Of a stretch of 64,000 nt of DNA, positions 16,550 through 26,654 are shown one piece after another (the stretch's first letter is position 1; each line of letters starts with the position of its first letter). The DNA comes from an uncultured Methanosarcinales archaeon (GTDB lineage: Archaea > Nanobdellota > Nanobdellia > Woesearchaeales > GW2011-AR9). Made by a program: the position numbers and the translations under genes. The stretch lies in NCBI GenBank assembly GCA_964343575.1, contig CAYFJV010000002.1, positions 69,585 to 133,584 on the forward strand, in the 5' to 3' direction. The notes below the pieces were generated by a model. That model did not search any database. It saw nothing but the letters and a program-made list of their open reading frames with translations, and was not told the DNA's origin.

Positions 16550-17527
16550 CTACCAAACTGCAAGAGTCCTTGAAGATCTTCTTGGTTGAGCCCTTGGCAT
16601 CTCTGAGAGTGGGATGTGATGTTGAGAGTATAGAGTTTTCAAATCATGTGGATCTTCGTATTGCCCCACCCCTTCTAAATTATAATTGCTACAACCAGTT
16701 TTTACTTGGTCAGCACTAAGTCCTAATTGTCCCGTTAACTCTCTTGTTGCTCTGTCAACTGAAAAAGCAAGAGTTTCTCCTCGAATGTATGTTATCCTGG
16801 TCCCAACTCCCGGAGGACAGATACTGCTTGTATGCGCTCCTTCAACTCTAAGCTCCAAATTTGGAGCACCGGGCCCATCATGTACCAGAAGAATTCTGTT
16901 ATCTCCTGCAAAGAGATATTTTACTCTAGACCCATCTAGTTGGATTGGTCTGCTTGGTGTGGCCATAGAGGATCTTGATCTCCCTCTCCTATACTCAAAG
17001 GGTAGGCCTGCAGATTCATATAGCTCTGCAAGAGAACTAAGATCTCCACTTCTCGTAACTCTTTGCATCTTAGGTCCCTTCCCATAAAGGTTTGCTTGGT
17101 GGGAAGGATTCAAGACATCCAGTACCTGATAGCCCTCAAGCCCCCTTGGGAGAACAACAGTCGTGATTCTTCTACCACGAAGAGTATGTTCTCCTCCAAG
17201 GGTTCTAGCTCTTCTTCCTGTGGCCTTAGACAGGCCCGGAGTTCTAGGATAATGAACGAGAAGAAGTGTTCTTGAACAGTCATCATAAAGAGCAGTTTCA
17301 ACTTCTACCCCTGCAAGCATATCAATAAAAGACCTTTCTGGTTCTGGTGCTCTCACTCCTTCAGCTTGCGTAGAGCCCTGAGATTCTTCTCTTGCGTGTT
17401 GAAAGTTTGGGTTTTTAGGCTTTGGGCCCTTATTTGCTTTCCCTCCCCGACTAGGGTGGTGCGCATTTTTAGCAGCTATTCTTGCTCTTGTCTTTTCTCT
17501 TGCTCTTAATCTTGATTTCCTTGACAT
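16550..17527 (-). CDS. Arg/Gly/Pro-rich ORFan with a highly basic N-terminal arm; compositionally atypical (about 48% GC)
   Basis: 325 codons with no stop. The first 45 aa are R/K-rich (MSRKSRLRAREKTRARIAAKNAHHPSRGGKANKGPKPKNPNF) and the rest looks globular. GC is clearly higher than in flanking genes. A TATA-like box lies 30-40 nt upstream. Confidence 0.45.
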   Translation of the reverse strand: MSRKSRLRAREKTRARIAAKNAHHPSRGGKANKGPKPKNPNFQHAREESQGSTQAEGVRAPEPERSFIDMLAGVEVETALYDDCSRTLLLVHYPRTPGLSKATGRRARTLGGEHTLRGRRITTVVLPRGLEGYQVLDVLNPSHQANLYGKGPKMQRVTRSGDLSSLAELYESAGLPFEYRRGRSRSSMATPSRPIQLDGSRVKYLFAGDNRILLVHDGPGAPNLELRVEGAHTSSICPPGVGTRITYIRGETLAFSVDRATRELTGQLGLSADQVKTGCSNYNLEGVGQYEDPHDLKTLYSQHHIPLSEMPRAQPRRSSRTLAVW

Positions 17528-17645
17528 TTATTTCTTCACTTTTTCTTGGAAATCTAAATTTTATATAAAATCTTAGATATTAAAAAAGAATATTCTCTTG
17601 TTTTGTGTTTTTTTAGGGCTGTTTTTTGGTTTTTTGTGAAAAAAG

Positions 17646-20600
17646 TTACTTCCCCATAAACGCGCCCAGACCCACTTGCTTATCTTTGGCTTTACCAAAG
17701 ACGGTGTCAATGTTATGTTTAAGCAGATTAATGGTTTGCTTCAAGTAGGGAGAAAAATCGTATTTCTGCGCAAGCTCAAGGCTTGGTTCAAGATACTTCA
17801 CTACCGATCCTTCAGAGATGGTAAAAATTATCTTTCCTGTTTTACAAGTATGGCACTTATTGCTTATCGGTGGGCGACGATATTTCGTGTTACATTTCCC
17901 GCAACGAAAGCCTTGCATAGAAAACTTTCTAAAATTCCCTTTGATATCCGCTAAAAAGTGTCGCTGGATTACCATTCGAGCAACATCATCCATATCAACT
18001 GCGCGCACTTTTCTTGCGATTTCCATTTGACCGAATAATTTTTCTTTCATACTCGGCAAAATTTTGTAGGCTGAGCAGTTTACTCCTTTGTTAAAGTTGT
18101 CAACATGGTGTGTAAAACCAAAACCTTCATACTGTTCTGGAGTATCAAGCTTGTGATCAAGCTGTACGATTTTCTTTTTTTCTTTACCATAACGCACTTC
18201 CCAAGGAGCTTTCATTTCCAACGCTGCTTCATAAAGTTCTAAAGGATAACGCCATTCCATATCAACTCCTAAGACTTGGTCGTCAACCTCACTTGGAGAA
18301 AGTACTGGGGTGAGTACCAGCGCAGCATCCATGGTTGATCCCCTACTACTTGGAAGATATCTCTTGGAGAAATTAAGTAAACCATCAAGAAGGAGCATTA
18401 CTGCTGCTTCGTCACCATCGCAGTCCCTTCGCAGTCCCGCATGGTACATTGGGTGCGTAATAAGCCCTTGCGTGTGTGCAAAACCAATAATTCTCCCCAC
18501 CGTTCCTGCAGAAATGTGCGGAGCTAAACCAATTACTAAATGACCCACAAGATCTTTTTCATTTTTTACTTTATAGAAGGGTTTGAGACCATAGTGGTTG
18601 ACCAGCATATCATCAATAAACTGCGCTACCCTTGTGAGCACTTGCGCAGCTGATTCTTCAAGCACATCAACGGCAGGCAAGATGACATCTTGTGGCCTCA
18701 TTTCCAAAATTTGGTCGTCATTTTCAAGGTATTTTCCATGAATGTCTCTTTCATAACCAAGTTCTTTGAGTCTTTCAATACTTGTTCCAATCTCTTTTGG
18801 CTTGAAATGGGTAAGAGGTAGTTCAGTACAATCGTAGCGCGTGGTGCCATCTTTATTTACGGCAACGTTGTGTTTTGCTCGCAAGATGCCTTTCATTAAG
18901 TGTTCAGCAATTTTTTCTCTGTTGCTTGTCCCACGGACCCCTTTGATAAGATCGGGAATGATTTTGGTATTGAGTTTCTTTTTGAGAGCATCTACAATTT
19001 CGATAATCTCAATCTTTTGTAAGAGTTTTTCTTGCTCAAACTCTTCTGTTGGTTCTCCTGTTTGATGGCAACAACGAAAAGGACTAAGCTTACCTTCTTT
19101 GGTCTTGAACATTTTAATGGGAGCGTTAATCTCTCCCTCTTCAAGAGCTGCTTGAATGCTTCGCATTCTTCCTCCTTCTTCTCCAACTGGAAAAAGTACG
19201 TGAGGAGAGCCCGTCATTTTGCGCATCTTGGCTTTTTCTGGTCTTCCCATTCGCGCGCCGATAAAAGTTCCTGCCTTATCACGCTGTTTTATGGGCGCGT
19301 GCTGATTAAGGTATCTAAGAGGATTTTTGTAGCTTCCTTCTTTGAGAGTTTTGAGAGAGAGAGAAAGATTTTTGATCTCTTCTAGCGTTGAAAAATTGAG
19401 TAAGAAAGAGAGTACTTGACTCTCTGTTTTCTCAAGTACAATATTTTCTTTATTGATTAATTGATGAGGGATCCCTAGCAATTCGAGTGCTTGCTTTGCT
19501 TCTTGGCAAGCTTGCTCTTTTTTGTCAAAAGGAATGATGATTTTTTTGATCTCTTCGCTCTTTTCTTCCTTCTTTAGTTTTGAAGAGGAGAGAATAGATA
19601 TAAGAGTTTGAAATTGTCGCATAGCCAGTAGTTTCCAAAAGTAAGTAAAGTCAGAGTGTAATGGTACTTGAAGCTGCTTGCTAATCGTCTTTGCTTCTTG
19701 AAATGTTGGTGAGAAGAAAAGTGGCTTTTGGATGTATTTGAGAAAATTTTCTGTATCTATTTTGAAATCACTTGCAGCCTTGCTTAAATGCTCTTTAGTT
19801 GGAATCTCTACTTCGATTGCATATTTTTCTCTTATTGTTTTTTCTACTTCTTGCGCCCACCATTCTGGACAATACCCCGCGGGGACCAGTTTGTGTCCAT
19901 TCTCAGAAAAATCTCCATAATTAAACAAGATATCTCCAAGGTAAAGTACTTCCTCAACCTCGTTAGCATGTTGTTTTGCTAGCTCTTGGGTAGGAAGTTG
20001 TAACACATTTCCATTATTGAGCCGTACAATCGGTCCTTCAAGCGTGTCGCAAACAGTTACCGTCGCTGCTTTTCCGGGTCGCTCTACTTTCATTTGCGTT
20101 CCGATGGCAATGAACTTGTCAAGCACCACAAGCGTCGCTGGGTGTAAAGCTGCTGCAGAAAACCCAGAGGTTCTTCCTCTTCCGTAACGAAGACGAAATC
20201 CTCCCTCTCTTACTGGATGTGTAAGTACGGGTCTTCCTGCAACCATATCTGAAATAAAGGTATTGTTTGCCTTTACCTTTACTTCTTCCTCTTTTCCCTT
20301 TGCATTTTTGTCTTTTGGTCCTGCTTTTTTTTCCTTCTTCTGACCGTGCTGCGCATGAATCTTATCTTTAAGATCAATAAATTCTTTGATGAACTCCCAC
20401 TCTAAATCAAAATCCTTTCCCCACTTGCTTAGTCGTTTCCATAGTTTTGGTGCCTTTTGACAAAGTCCTTCTGCTACTACCAAACACATTCCTCCACGAA
20501 TGAGGTTTGTAGCAATTCTTGGAAGGTCTTTATAATTAGAAACCTCAATTTTTTCAGTTGGATCCCCGTCAACTTCAACAGGCAAATGAGAGAGCATAAA

Positions 20601-21251
20601 GTTTAACTCTTCATCACTTGGATGGTATTGGAGGTTGGTTACCCGATCATGATAATCATGCACTTCTGCAGTGTAACGTTTTACTTCGGTTTCATTCGGA
20701 TCGTAAGGAGCATAACCCATCTTTACTCGAACATAATCAGCAAGAATAACACTTGTGGAGGAAGCGGTACCCCCTGCTCCTCGAATTGGTCCAGCGTATC
20801 TTAGCGCAAGGTATTCTTTTCCATCCTTTCTTTTCTTTACTTCAATACCGATGAAGCCCTCCAAAGGTGCTGCCACAATCCCAAGTGTGAGGTAGGCAAA
20901 GCCTGTTCTGATTCCCACTTCAATTGCTTCTTTTTTGTTTTTGAATTTACAAAATTTTTCTTTGGCAACTTCTTCGGCGATTTTGAAACCGACGCGCCAA
21001 TCAAGCGTTCCGTATTCTTTTTCTAACTCTTGAACACGCTCAGGAATATTTGTTTCTAGAATTTGGGGGGCCACAATGCTCACAAGTCCAAGCACCCGAT
21101 CTGCCATGGTGTTTGCCAAGATGATTTCTGGTTTGTCTTCGGGATCGAGTTGTTTTGCTCTTGCTTGGTTAGCGATGGTGTAGCAGATGTCGACATCCTT
21201 TCGTAAATTTTCGAAGTATTTACTAATGGTTGGGGAAGCGACTATTGCCAT
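17646..21251 (-). CDS. polC: DNA polymerase D large subunit (DP2)
   Basis: 1201 aa with conserved DP2 segments throughout, including the catalytic region (GDEAAVMLLLD) and C-terminal Zn fingers (CGKCNTKYRRPPISNKCHTCK). Length is typical; no intein is apparent. Confidence 0.95.
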   Translation of the reverse strand: MAIVASPTISKYFENLRKDVDICYTIANQARAKQLDPEDKPEIILANTMADRVLGLVSIVAPQILETNIPERVQELEKEYGTLDWRVGFKIAEEVAKEKFCKFKNKKEAIEVGIRTGFAYLTLGIVAAPLEGFIGIEVKKRKDGKEYLALRYAGPIRGAGGTASSTSVILADYVRVKMGYAPYDPNETEVKRYTAEVHDYHDRVTNLQYHPSDEELNFMLSHLPVEVDGDPTEKIEVSNYKDLPRIATNLIRGGMCLVVAEGLCQKAPKLWKRLSKWGKDFDLEWEFIKEFIDLKDKIHAQHGQKKEKKAGPKDKNAKGKEEEVKVKANNTFISDMVAGRPVLTHPVREGGFRLRYGRGRTSGFSAAALHPATLVVLDKFIAIGTQMKVERPGKAATVTVCDTLEGPIVRLNNGNVLQLPTQELAKQHANEVEEVLYLGDILFNYGDFSENGHKLVPAGYCPEWWAQEVEKTIREKYAIEVEIPTKEHLSKAASDFKIDTENFLKYIQKPLFFSPTFQEAKTISKQLQVPLHSDFTYFWKLLAMRQFQTLISILSSSKLKKEEKSEEIKKIIIPFDKKEQACQEAKQALELLGIPHQLINKENIVLEKTESQVLSFLLNFSTLEEIKNLSLSLKTLKEGSYKNPLRYLNQHAPIKQRDKAGTFIGARMGRPEKAKMRKMTGSPHVLFPVGEEGGRMRSIQAALEEGEINAPIKMFKTKEGKLSPFRCCHQTGEPTEEFEQEKLLQKIEIIEIVDALKKKLNTKIIPDLIKGVRGTSNREKIAEHLMKGILRAKHNVAVNKDGTTRYDCTELPLTHFKPKEIGTSIERLKELGYERDIHGKYLENDDQILEMRPQDVILPAVDVLEESAAQVLTRVAQFIDDMLVNHYGLKPFYKVKNEKDLVGHLVIGLAPHISAGTVGRIIGFAHTQGLITHPMYHAGLRRDCDGDEAAVMLLLDGLLNFSKRYLPSSRGSTMDAALVLTPVLSPSEVDDQVLGVDMEWRYPLELYEAALEMKAPWEVRYGKEKKKIVQLDHKLDTPEQYEGFGFTHHVDNFNKGVNCSAYKILPSMKEKLFGQMEIARKVRAVDMDDVARMVIQRHFLADIKGNFRKFSMQGFRCGKCNTKYRRPPISNKCHTCKTGKIIFTISEGSVVKYLEPSLELAQKYDFSPYLKQTINLLKHNIDTVFGKAKDKQVGLGAFMGK

Positions 21252-21425
21252 AACAATTTTTAGGGATTTTCTGCTTTATATTTCTTGTTCTTGTCCAATG
21301 GTCCAGTGCAGATAGTGAGGATGGAATATAGTCTTGCCTGGTCTTACTATTGTTCTTTCTAGGCTAAAGGAGATGAGGAGAGAATGCGAGAAGGGAAAAA
21401 GAAAATGAAAAAAAAGGATATGAAA

Positions 21426-21833
21426 CTATACCCAAGATACTAAAATTGCTGCAGCAACTAAAACAGTTACTAACCAATACGCTCCATTAAGGAAAAAGAG
21501 CTTAACATCTTTTCTCTCCCAAAGCACAGGGCCCAAAGCAAGCGGCATCATAAACCCTAACCAAAGCCAAAAACCAAGCATGAGCCCTTGTGGAACTGTT
21601 GCTGCTCCTGTAAGATTTACAAAACGGTCAAGCACATAGACCATAACTAAGGTTGCTAGAAAGCCAATGAACATGTGCCCAGCCATACCTTCTTTTTGCG
21701 CCTTTTGCATATCTTTTTTCTTGAGGCCGGTTAGTTTCATCCACATTGATCCAAAGACTTTTGGGTGATACCAGACCATTCCAAGTACCATTGCAGCAAG
21801 CGCTGCTACTAAAACAGAGACATAGTTTACCAT
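21426..21833 (-). CDS. Hypothetical integral membrane protein (4 TM)
   Basis: Hydrophobic 135-aa core from MVNYVSVLVAALAAMVLG. The upstream Lys/Asn-rich extension in the track ORF is probably not translated. Confidence 0.45.
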   Translation of the reverse strand: MVNYVSVLVAALAAMVLGMVWYHPKVFGSMWMKLTGLKKKDMQKAQKEGMAGHMFIGFLATLVMVYVLDRFVNLTGAATVPQGLMLGFWLWLGFMMPLALGPVLWERKDVKLFFLNGAYWLVTVLVAAAILVSWV

Positions 21834-21925
21834 TGTATTTACCTCTTTTTGTTTATTCTTTTGTTTGTTTTTTAGATTTGTTTTGCTACTTATCTTATTG
21901 AGATAGTTAGAAGAAAGAATTTGCA

Positions 21926-23716
21926 CTATATAAATTTCATTACTTTTACTTCTCTCGTCTTTAAGTTAATTACTGGTACCCTCCCTGGCTGCGGATCATG
22001 GCCTAACTTTTCTTGAAACTTTGTTCTTGCTTGCCAACAACTGCCACTCATCATGGTAATTCCCTTATAATTTGCAATGGCAGAATAATGGATGTGGCCA
22101 GTAATCATAATATCTGGAACTTTTTTGATAAGGAGCGGATCTTCGTTGTGAGAAGGTAAGTAAGGAGTTGATTTGAATGCAGGTGCGAGATGTCTTCGCT
22201 TGAGTAAGTATTTCATAATGAGGTCTGCTCGATGATAGCCACCGTTGTTTCGAATGCTATCAACATTTGCTACATAAAAATCAAAACTATAACCATGGTA
22301 CATGAGCACATTAATGCCAGGGAAATCCTCGGTTTTAGCAATGTTAATCATAGAAGGGTTGCTGACAAGCTCAACGTTTTCCATCTCGTGAAGATCTTCG
22401 GTGTATTCTTTATAGAAAACTGGCTGGGGTTCTGCTAAGTGCACAACGTCGTGGTTTCCTGGACAAATAAAGATCTTTTTATCTTTAGGAATCTCTTTGA
22501 TGAGGTCAGCAAAAGCCTTGTACTGTCCTTCAATGGTTTGAATAGTAAGCTCATCTGGTTGTTTGGGATAGATTCCTACACCATCAACCACATCTCCAGC
22601 AATGAAGATGTACTTTACTTTTCTAGCAATATTTTTTTGATCTTCTGATCCGACTTCTGCTCTTGCCCAAGAGATGAACTTTTTGAAGGCATCTTCCATG
22701 AAATAGCTCGATCCCACATGGATGTCTGAGAGAAAAATCGCATATTCTTCTTTAGGCGCCTTTCGCATTTCTTTGGTGCTTGGTACATCTGGCCAAACTA
22801 TTTGATCAGCAAAAATAATATCTCCGCCACTCACTCCCGTTATCCCAATTACTTCATCAAAAGTAAGTTCTTTTCCTTGTTCTAAAAGATCGGGCTTGTT
22901 CTTACTGATGAGAATTTTGATATCTCCTGTAATATCTTCAACGGTGAGCAAAAGATTTCCATTTTTAGTTTCAGCAATTTCGCTTACAAGGCCAATGACA
23001 GCAATGGTTTCTCTCTCTCTTTTCTGCCTTACTCTACTAATGCTGGTGACATTTTTCATTTCTGGGTGTTGGCGAATTACTTTCTCTAGGAAGTAATAAC
23101 GGGTTTTGAAAATGTTGGCAAAATCTTTTACAGCGTATTTCTTAGAAATGGTTTCAAAAGAATAGACGACCTCATATTGGTACTCTTGCTGAATTTTTTC
23201 AAGAACTGCAAGGTCCTCTTGGGCATCAATAGTAGTTACTGTTTCTTTGAGTTGAATGCTCTGGCCATCAAGAGCTTTTTCTAAGCTGCTCTTTTCTACT
23301 TCTGTTTCAAGACTAGAAAACACTTCTTCATGACTGCTCGCTGCACTGCTTGCAAGGTTAGAGCCTTGGGAGCTTGCTGCTGCTTGTGGAACTTGAAGAG
23401 AAGAAGAGCGTAAATCTTGAAGTTGCGCCTCGTAACGGTCAAAATCTCCTTGACGCTCAAAATCAACTCGATATTTATCTGCTTCATACCAATCAACAAA
23501 GCTTTCCTCTTTTCCCACAATGTCAGCATAATCTGGAGTGAGCACCAACATGTCTTGCTCTGCTTCTAACTTAGCAATAAGCTCAGCTTCAATCCCTTGC
23601 TCAAGCTGTTCTTTGCTTAAAAGTACACCCTTTTCGAAGAGTTTTTTGATTAAATCTTCTTTGCTTTGCGTCATTTTATTTGATTCTGCAGTTGCAGAGA
23701 TGTGGGAATCTCCCAC
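21926..23716 (-). CDS. polB: DNA polymerase D small subunit (DP1), 3'-5' exonuclease of the calcineurin/Mre11 phosphoesterase type
   Basis: Metallophosphatase motifs (GDVVDG, ICPGNHD, GHIH) sit in the C-terminal half; the N-terminal OB-like region is typical of DP1. Confidence 0.9.
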   Translation of the reverse strand: MGDSHISATAESNKMTQSKEDLIKKLFEKGVLLSKEQLEQGIEAELIAKLEAEQDMLVLTPDYADIVGKEESFVDWYEADKYRVDFERQGDFDRYEAQLQDLRSSSLQVPQAAASSQGSNLASSAASSHEEVFSSLETEVEKSSLEKALDGQSIQLKETVTTIDAQEDLAVLEKIQQEYQYEVVYSFETISKKYAVKDFANIFKTRYYFLEKVIRQHPEMKNVTSISRVRQKRERETIAVIGLVSEIAETKNGNLLLTVEDITGDIKILISKNKPDLLEQGKELTFDEVIGITGVSGGDIIFADQIVWPDVPSTKEMRKAPKEEYAIFLSDIHVGSSYFMEDAFKKFISWARAEVGSEDQKNIARKVKYIFIAGDVVDGVGIYPKQPDELTIQTIEGQYKAFADLIKEIPKDKKIFICPGNHDVVHLAEPQPVFYKEYTEDLHEMENVELVSNPSMINIAKTEDFPGINVLMYHGYSFDFYVANVDSIRNNGGYHRADLIMKYLLKRRHLAPAFKSTPYLPSHNEDPLLIKKVPDIMITGHIHYSAIANYKGITMMSGSCWQARTKFQEKLGHDPQPGRVPVINLKTREVKVMKFI

Positions 23717-23788
23717 AAGAACATCTAAGACTTTCTCACTCTTTTTAGTAAGCTACACCACCCCTAGCGCAACCCTTGAGCTAATGTT

Positions 23789-24991
23789 TTAATCCTTTAA
23801 TTGAATGGAACGTTCAATAAGTTCTTTAAGTTTTGCTTTAATACCTTCTTCTAAGGACATAGAGATCTCTCTTGTTCGCCCATACCTTCCTTTGGAAACG
23901 ATTTTTGCATTGATGATCCCCAGCATATCAAACTCGGCTAGAATATCAGAGACTCTTCTTTGGGTAAGCACATTGAAACGTACTTTCTTACAAAGTGTTT
24001 GATACACATCATAAATCTCTCCAGTGTAGATGGTCTTTTTCTTTGGTGCAAGTAGGAGGATTGCGTAGAGGACGGCTTGAAATTGCTTTGGTTGGCTTAC
24101 TACGGCATTAATGATCTTATCTGATTCAATTTTTTTCTCTGCTTCATCAAGGTGCTCTATCTCAATTGTTTTAGAAGTGCTTCTCTCTGCTAATTCTCCT
24201 GCAACTCTGAGAAGATCAATTGCTCTTCTTGCATCGCCATGTTCTCTAGCGGCGTAGGCAGCACATTTTTCGATAACTCCGGGTTTGACAACCTCTGGTC
24301 GAAAAGCACTTTGCGCCCTTTTTCTTAAGATGTCCTGGATCTGTAAGGCATTATAAGGAGGAAAGATAAGTTCTTCTTCGCTCAGAGAAGATTTTACTCT
24401 GGGATCTAAGTTCTCTGCAAAAATAAGATTGTTAGAGATTCCAATAAGACAAATTTGTGCATTTTTGAGCTCTGAATTAATCCTTGTAAGATTATAGAGA
24501 ATCTCATCTCCTATTTTTTTAGTAAGCTGATCTATTTCATCAAGGACAAGCAAAATAAGCTTCTTTTCTTTGTCAACAAGAGAATAGAATATATTGTAGA
24601 CTTCATCTGTTGGAAGACCGGTGGCAGGAACTTCTTTACCAAACTCCTTAATGAGCTGGGCTATGAGCCGATACTCAGTATCTGCTATCCTTTTTAATTT
24701 ACAATTTACATAGATGCTTTGCAAAGGAACTTCGTTTTTCTTTGCAATCTCTTCCATTGACTGTAAGATGTATTTTATAGAGAGTGTTTTCCCGGTTCCT
24801 GTTTTTCCATAAATAAGAAGGCTAGAGGGTTTTTCTAAACGCAGAGCGGGAGCTAAGATGTTTGCAACCTCTTGAATAAGTTCCTCACGAAATAAGACTT
24901 CTGATGGAACATAGGCAGAGAGAAGATACTCTTTACTTAAAAAGATTGAATCTTTCTTAAGAAAGTTTTCGAAAAAATCTGTAATCCCCAT
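23789..24991 (-). CDS. cdc6: Orc1/Cdc6 replication initiator (AAA+ ATPase with C-terminal winged helix)
   Basis: Walker A motif GKTGTGKT, Walker B motif LVLDEID, sensor motifs and a C-terminal wH domain. Confidence 0.95.
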   Translation of the reverse strand: MGITDFFENFLKKDSIFLSKEYLLSAYVPSEVLFREELIQEVANILAPALRLEKPSSLLIYGKTGTGKTLSIKYILQSMEEIAKKNEVPLQSIYVNCKLKRIADTEYRLIAQLIKEFGKEVPATGLPTDEVYNIFYSLVDKEKKLILLVLDEIDQLTKKIGDEILYNLTRINSELKNAQICLIGISNNLIFAENLDPRVKSSLSEEELIFPPYNALQIQDILRKRAQSAFRPEVVKPGVIEKCAAYAAREHGDARRAIDLLRVAGELAERSTSKTIEIEHLDEAEKKIESDKIINAVVSQPKQFQAVLYAILLLAPKKKTIYTGEIYDVYQTLCKKVRFNVLTQRRVSDILAEFDMLGIINAKIVSKGRYGRTREISMSLEEGIKAKLKELIERSIQLKD

Positions 24992-25790
24992 TGGAAATGC
25001 CCCACCCCTTAGTTTCTTCTGGAAAGCCTTTTTTGAGAAAATATTCTCTTTGGCTTGAATTGTTGAAGTGGTTTGTTTCCTTTAAATCTTTTTTGTTCAT
25101 TGAAGAATGAAGTAGAAAAGAAGTATATTCTGTTCTCTTTACTTGAATGGTTGTTTCGTAGTTGTTTTATCATTGTTCTTTTGCGTTGGGAGGAGAGATG
25201 AACTACACGAGTTAAATGCACTCTTTTTCTTTTCCTTTTTCTTCTCATTTTTTCTTTTATTTGTTTCTCTCTTGTTTGTTTTCTATTTATATTATTTATT
25301 TCAATATTGTAAATAATAATAATAATAATAAGCTTAGCTAAAAAAGAAGATTTAGAAAAAGCATTTGCGATTTGAGAACTGCGCTTAACTTTTCAGAGAG
25401 CAGTGTTTCTTTTTTTAGGTTTTTTTCTTTTTTCTTCTAACTCTAAAAATTTCTTTTTCTTTTCTAAACAAAGAGAAGATTTCTTTTCCTTTCTTACTTT
25501 TCTTTGTTTTCCTTTTTTTTTTGGTTTTTTGAAAAAGAGTTTTCCATGAGAAGAGAGGGGGATGGTGCGTTTGTGCTTGTTAGTGTTTGGAGAAAAGAAT
25601 ATTGGTTTCTTAGTTTTCTTCTTTTTGTGTTGTTTTTGACTATTCTTTGAAAGAATTTGAATGAATTGTATCGAAGGCGAGCCAAGTTTTTAACAAGTTT
25701 TTCTCTTCTTTTTTCTTTTTCTGACAATTTTTCCTCTTTTCCGGAAACATTTAAATAATAGTTTTGGCTGTTTTTTGCTAATGGTTCTTG
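24992..25790. other. Candidate chromosomal replication origin (oriC)
   Basis: An ~800-bp non-coding region lies immediately upstream of orc1/cdc6 and just beyond the orc1-DP1-DP2 gene array, the conserved Pyrococcus-type arrangement. It is extremely A/T-rich with long T/A tracts and an (AAT)6 microsatellite. It also contains GGAAA-type elements (CTTCTGGAAAG at about 25016 and the palindrome TTTCCGGAAAC at about 25738) reminiscent of mini-ORB cores. Confidence 0.45.
25312..25331. repeat. (AAT)6 microsatellite inside the putative origin region
   Basis: Directly visible as aataataataataataat. Confidence 0.9.
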
Positions 25791-26626
25791 AGGCATTGCT
25801 GAATCCATTTTCTGTTAAGAAAAAACCCTGGGAAATGTTTTTTGCGGGAATGCTCTATGCCATTGTGGGAATGCTTCTTTCTTACTTTGTCTTTCGACAG
25901 CTTTCTGGCTTTCTCATGGTCTTTCTTATATCAATAGCAGCTATGCCTTTGGTCTATAATGCTATTAAGAGAGAAGAAGAGATTGATGTTCAAGTTAAAG
26001 GAGAGTGGCGTATTCTCAAAGAGCACAGTAGAGTTATCTTTTTTCTCCTCTACTTTTTCTTAGGAATAGTTATTAGTTTAACCATTGCTTACGTTGTTTT
26101 ACCTTCGGCGATGGTGAGTGAAATCTTTTACATTCAAGCAAATGCGATTCAAGATGTTAATAACAGTGTTTCAGGAAATCTGGCTTTGTTTGGTTTGTTT
26201 AAGGCAATCTTTTTGAATAACCTCAAGGTACTTTTCTTTTGCCTTGTCTTTTCTTTCCTTTATGGGATGGGAGCTATCTTTATTCTTACTTGGAATGCTT
26301 CAGTTGTAGCGGCAGCAATTGGTAATTTGATAAAGACAAGCCTTGCAGATGCTGGTGCGAATTTAGGTATGCAAAATATTGCTTTATACTTTAATGTAGG
26401 AGCGTTTAGCTTTATGAGGTACATGACCCACGGTCTTCTGGAGATTACTGCCTATTTTGTTGCTGGTTTGGCAGGAAGTATCATTTCTATTGCCGTAATT
26501 CGGCATAATCTTGAGAATGAAGCAGTACTTTATGATGCGCTTGATTTAATCTTCATTAGTTTAGGTATTTTGCTTATTGCTGCAATTGTAGAAGTCTATG
26601 TAACACCACAGTTCTTCCACGCTTGA
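25775..26626 (+). CDS. Polytopic membrane protein, DUF95/SpoIIM-like
   Basis: 283 aa with about 6 TM helices and no soluble domains. The family assignment is from memory. Confidence 0.4.
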   Translation: MLMVLEALLNPFSVKKKPWEMFFAGMLYAIVGMLLSYFVFRQLSGFLMVFLISIAAMPLVYNAIKREEEIDVQVKGEWRILKEHSRVIFFLLYFFLGIVISLTIAYVVLPSAMVSEIFYIQANAIQDVNNSVSGNLALFGLFKAIFLNNLKVLFFCLVFSFLYGMGAIFILTWNASVVAAAIGNLIKTSLADAGANLGMQNIALYFNVGAFSFMRYMTHGLLEITAYFVAGLAGSIISIAVIRHNLENEAVLYDALDLIFISLGILLIAAIVEVYVTPQFFHA

Positions 26627-26654
26627 AGTTTAGTTTATAGCTTGTTTGTTTTTT

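Noticed and set aside
17646-21251. Checked PolD large subunit, and MCM at 27637..29670, for inteins
   Set aside because: Both have canonical lengths (1201 and 677 aa) with contiguous conserved motifs. No Hint or LAGLIDADG-like insertions are visible.
25009-25808. Two minus-strand ORFs (79 and 104 aa) inside the A/T-rich region upstream of orc1
   Set aside because: Their products are Lys/Arg/Phe-rich low-complexity translations of poly-A and poly-T tracts. The region is better explained as the replication origin and intergenic spacer.
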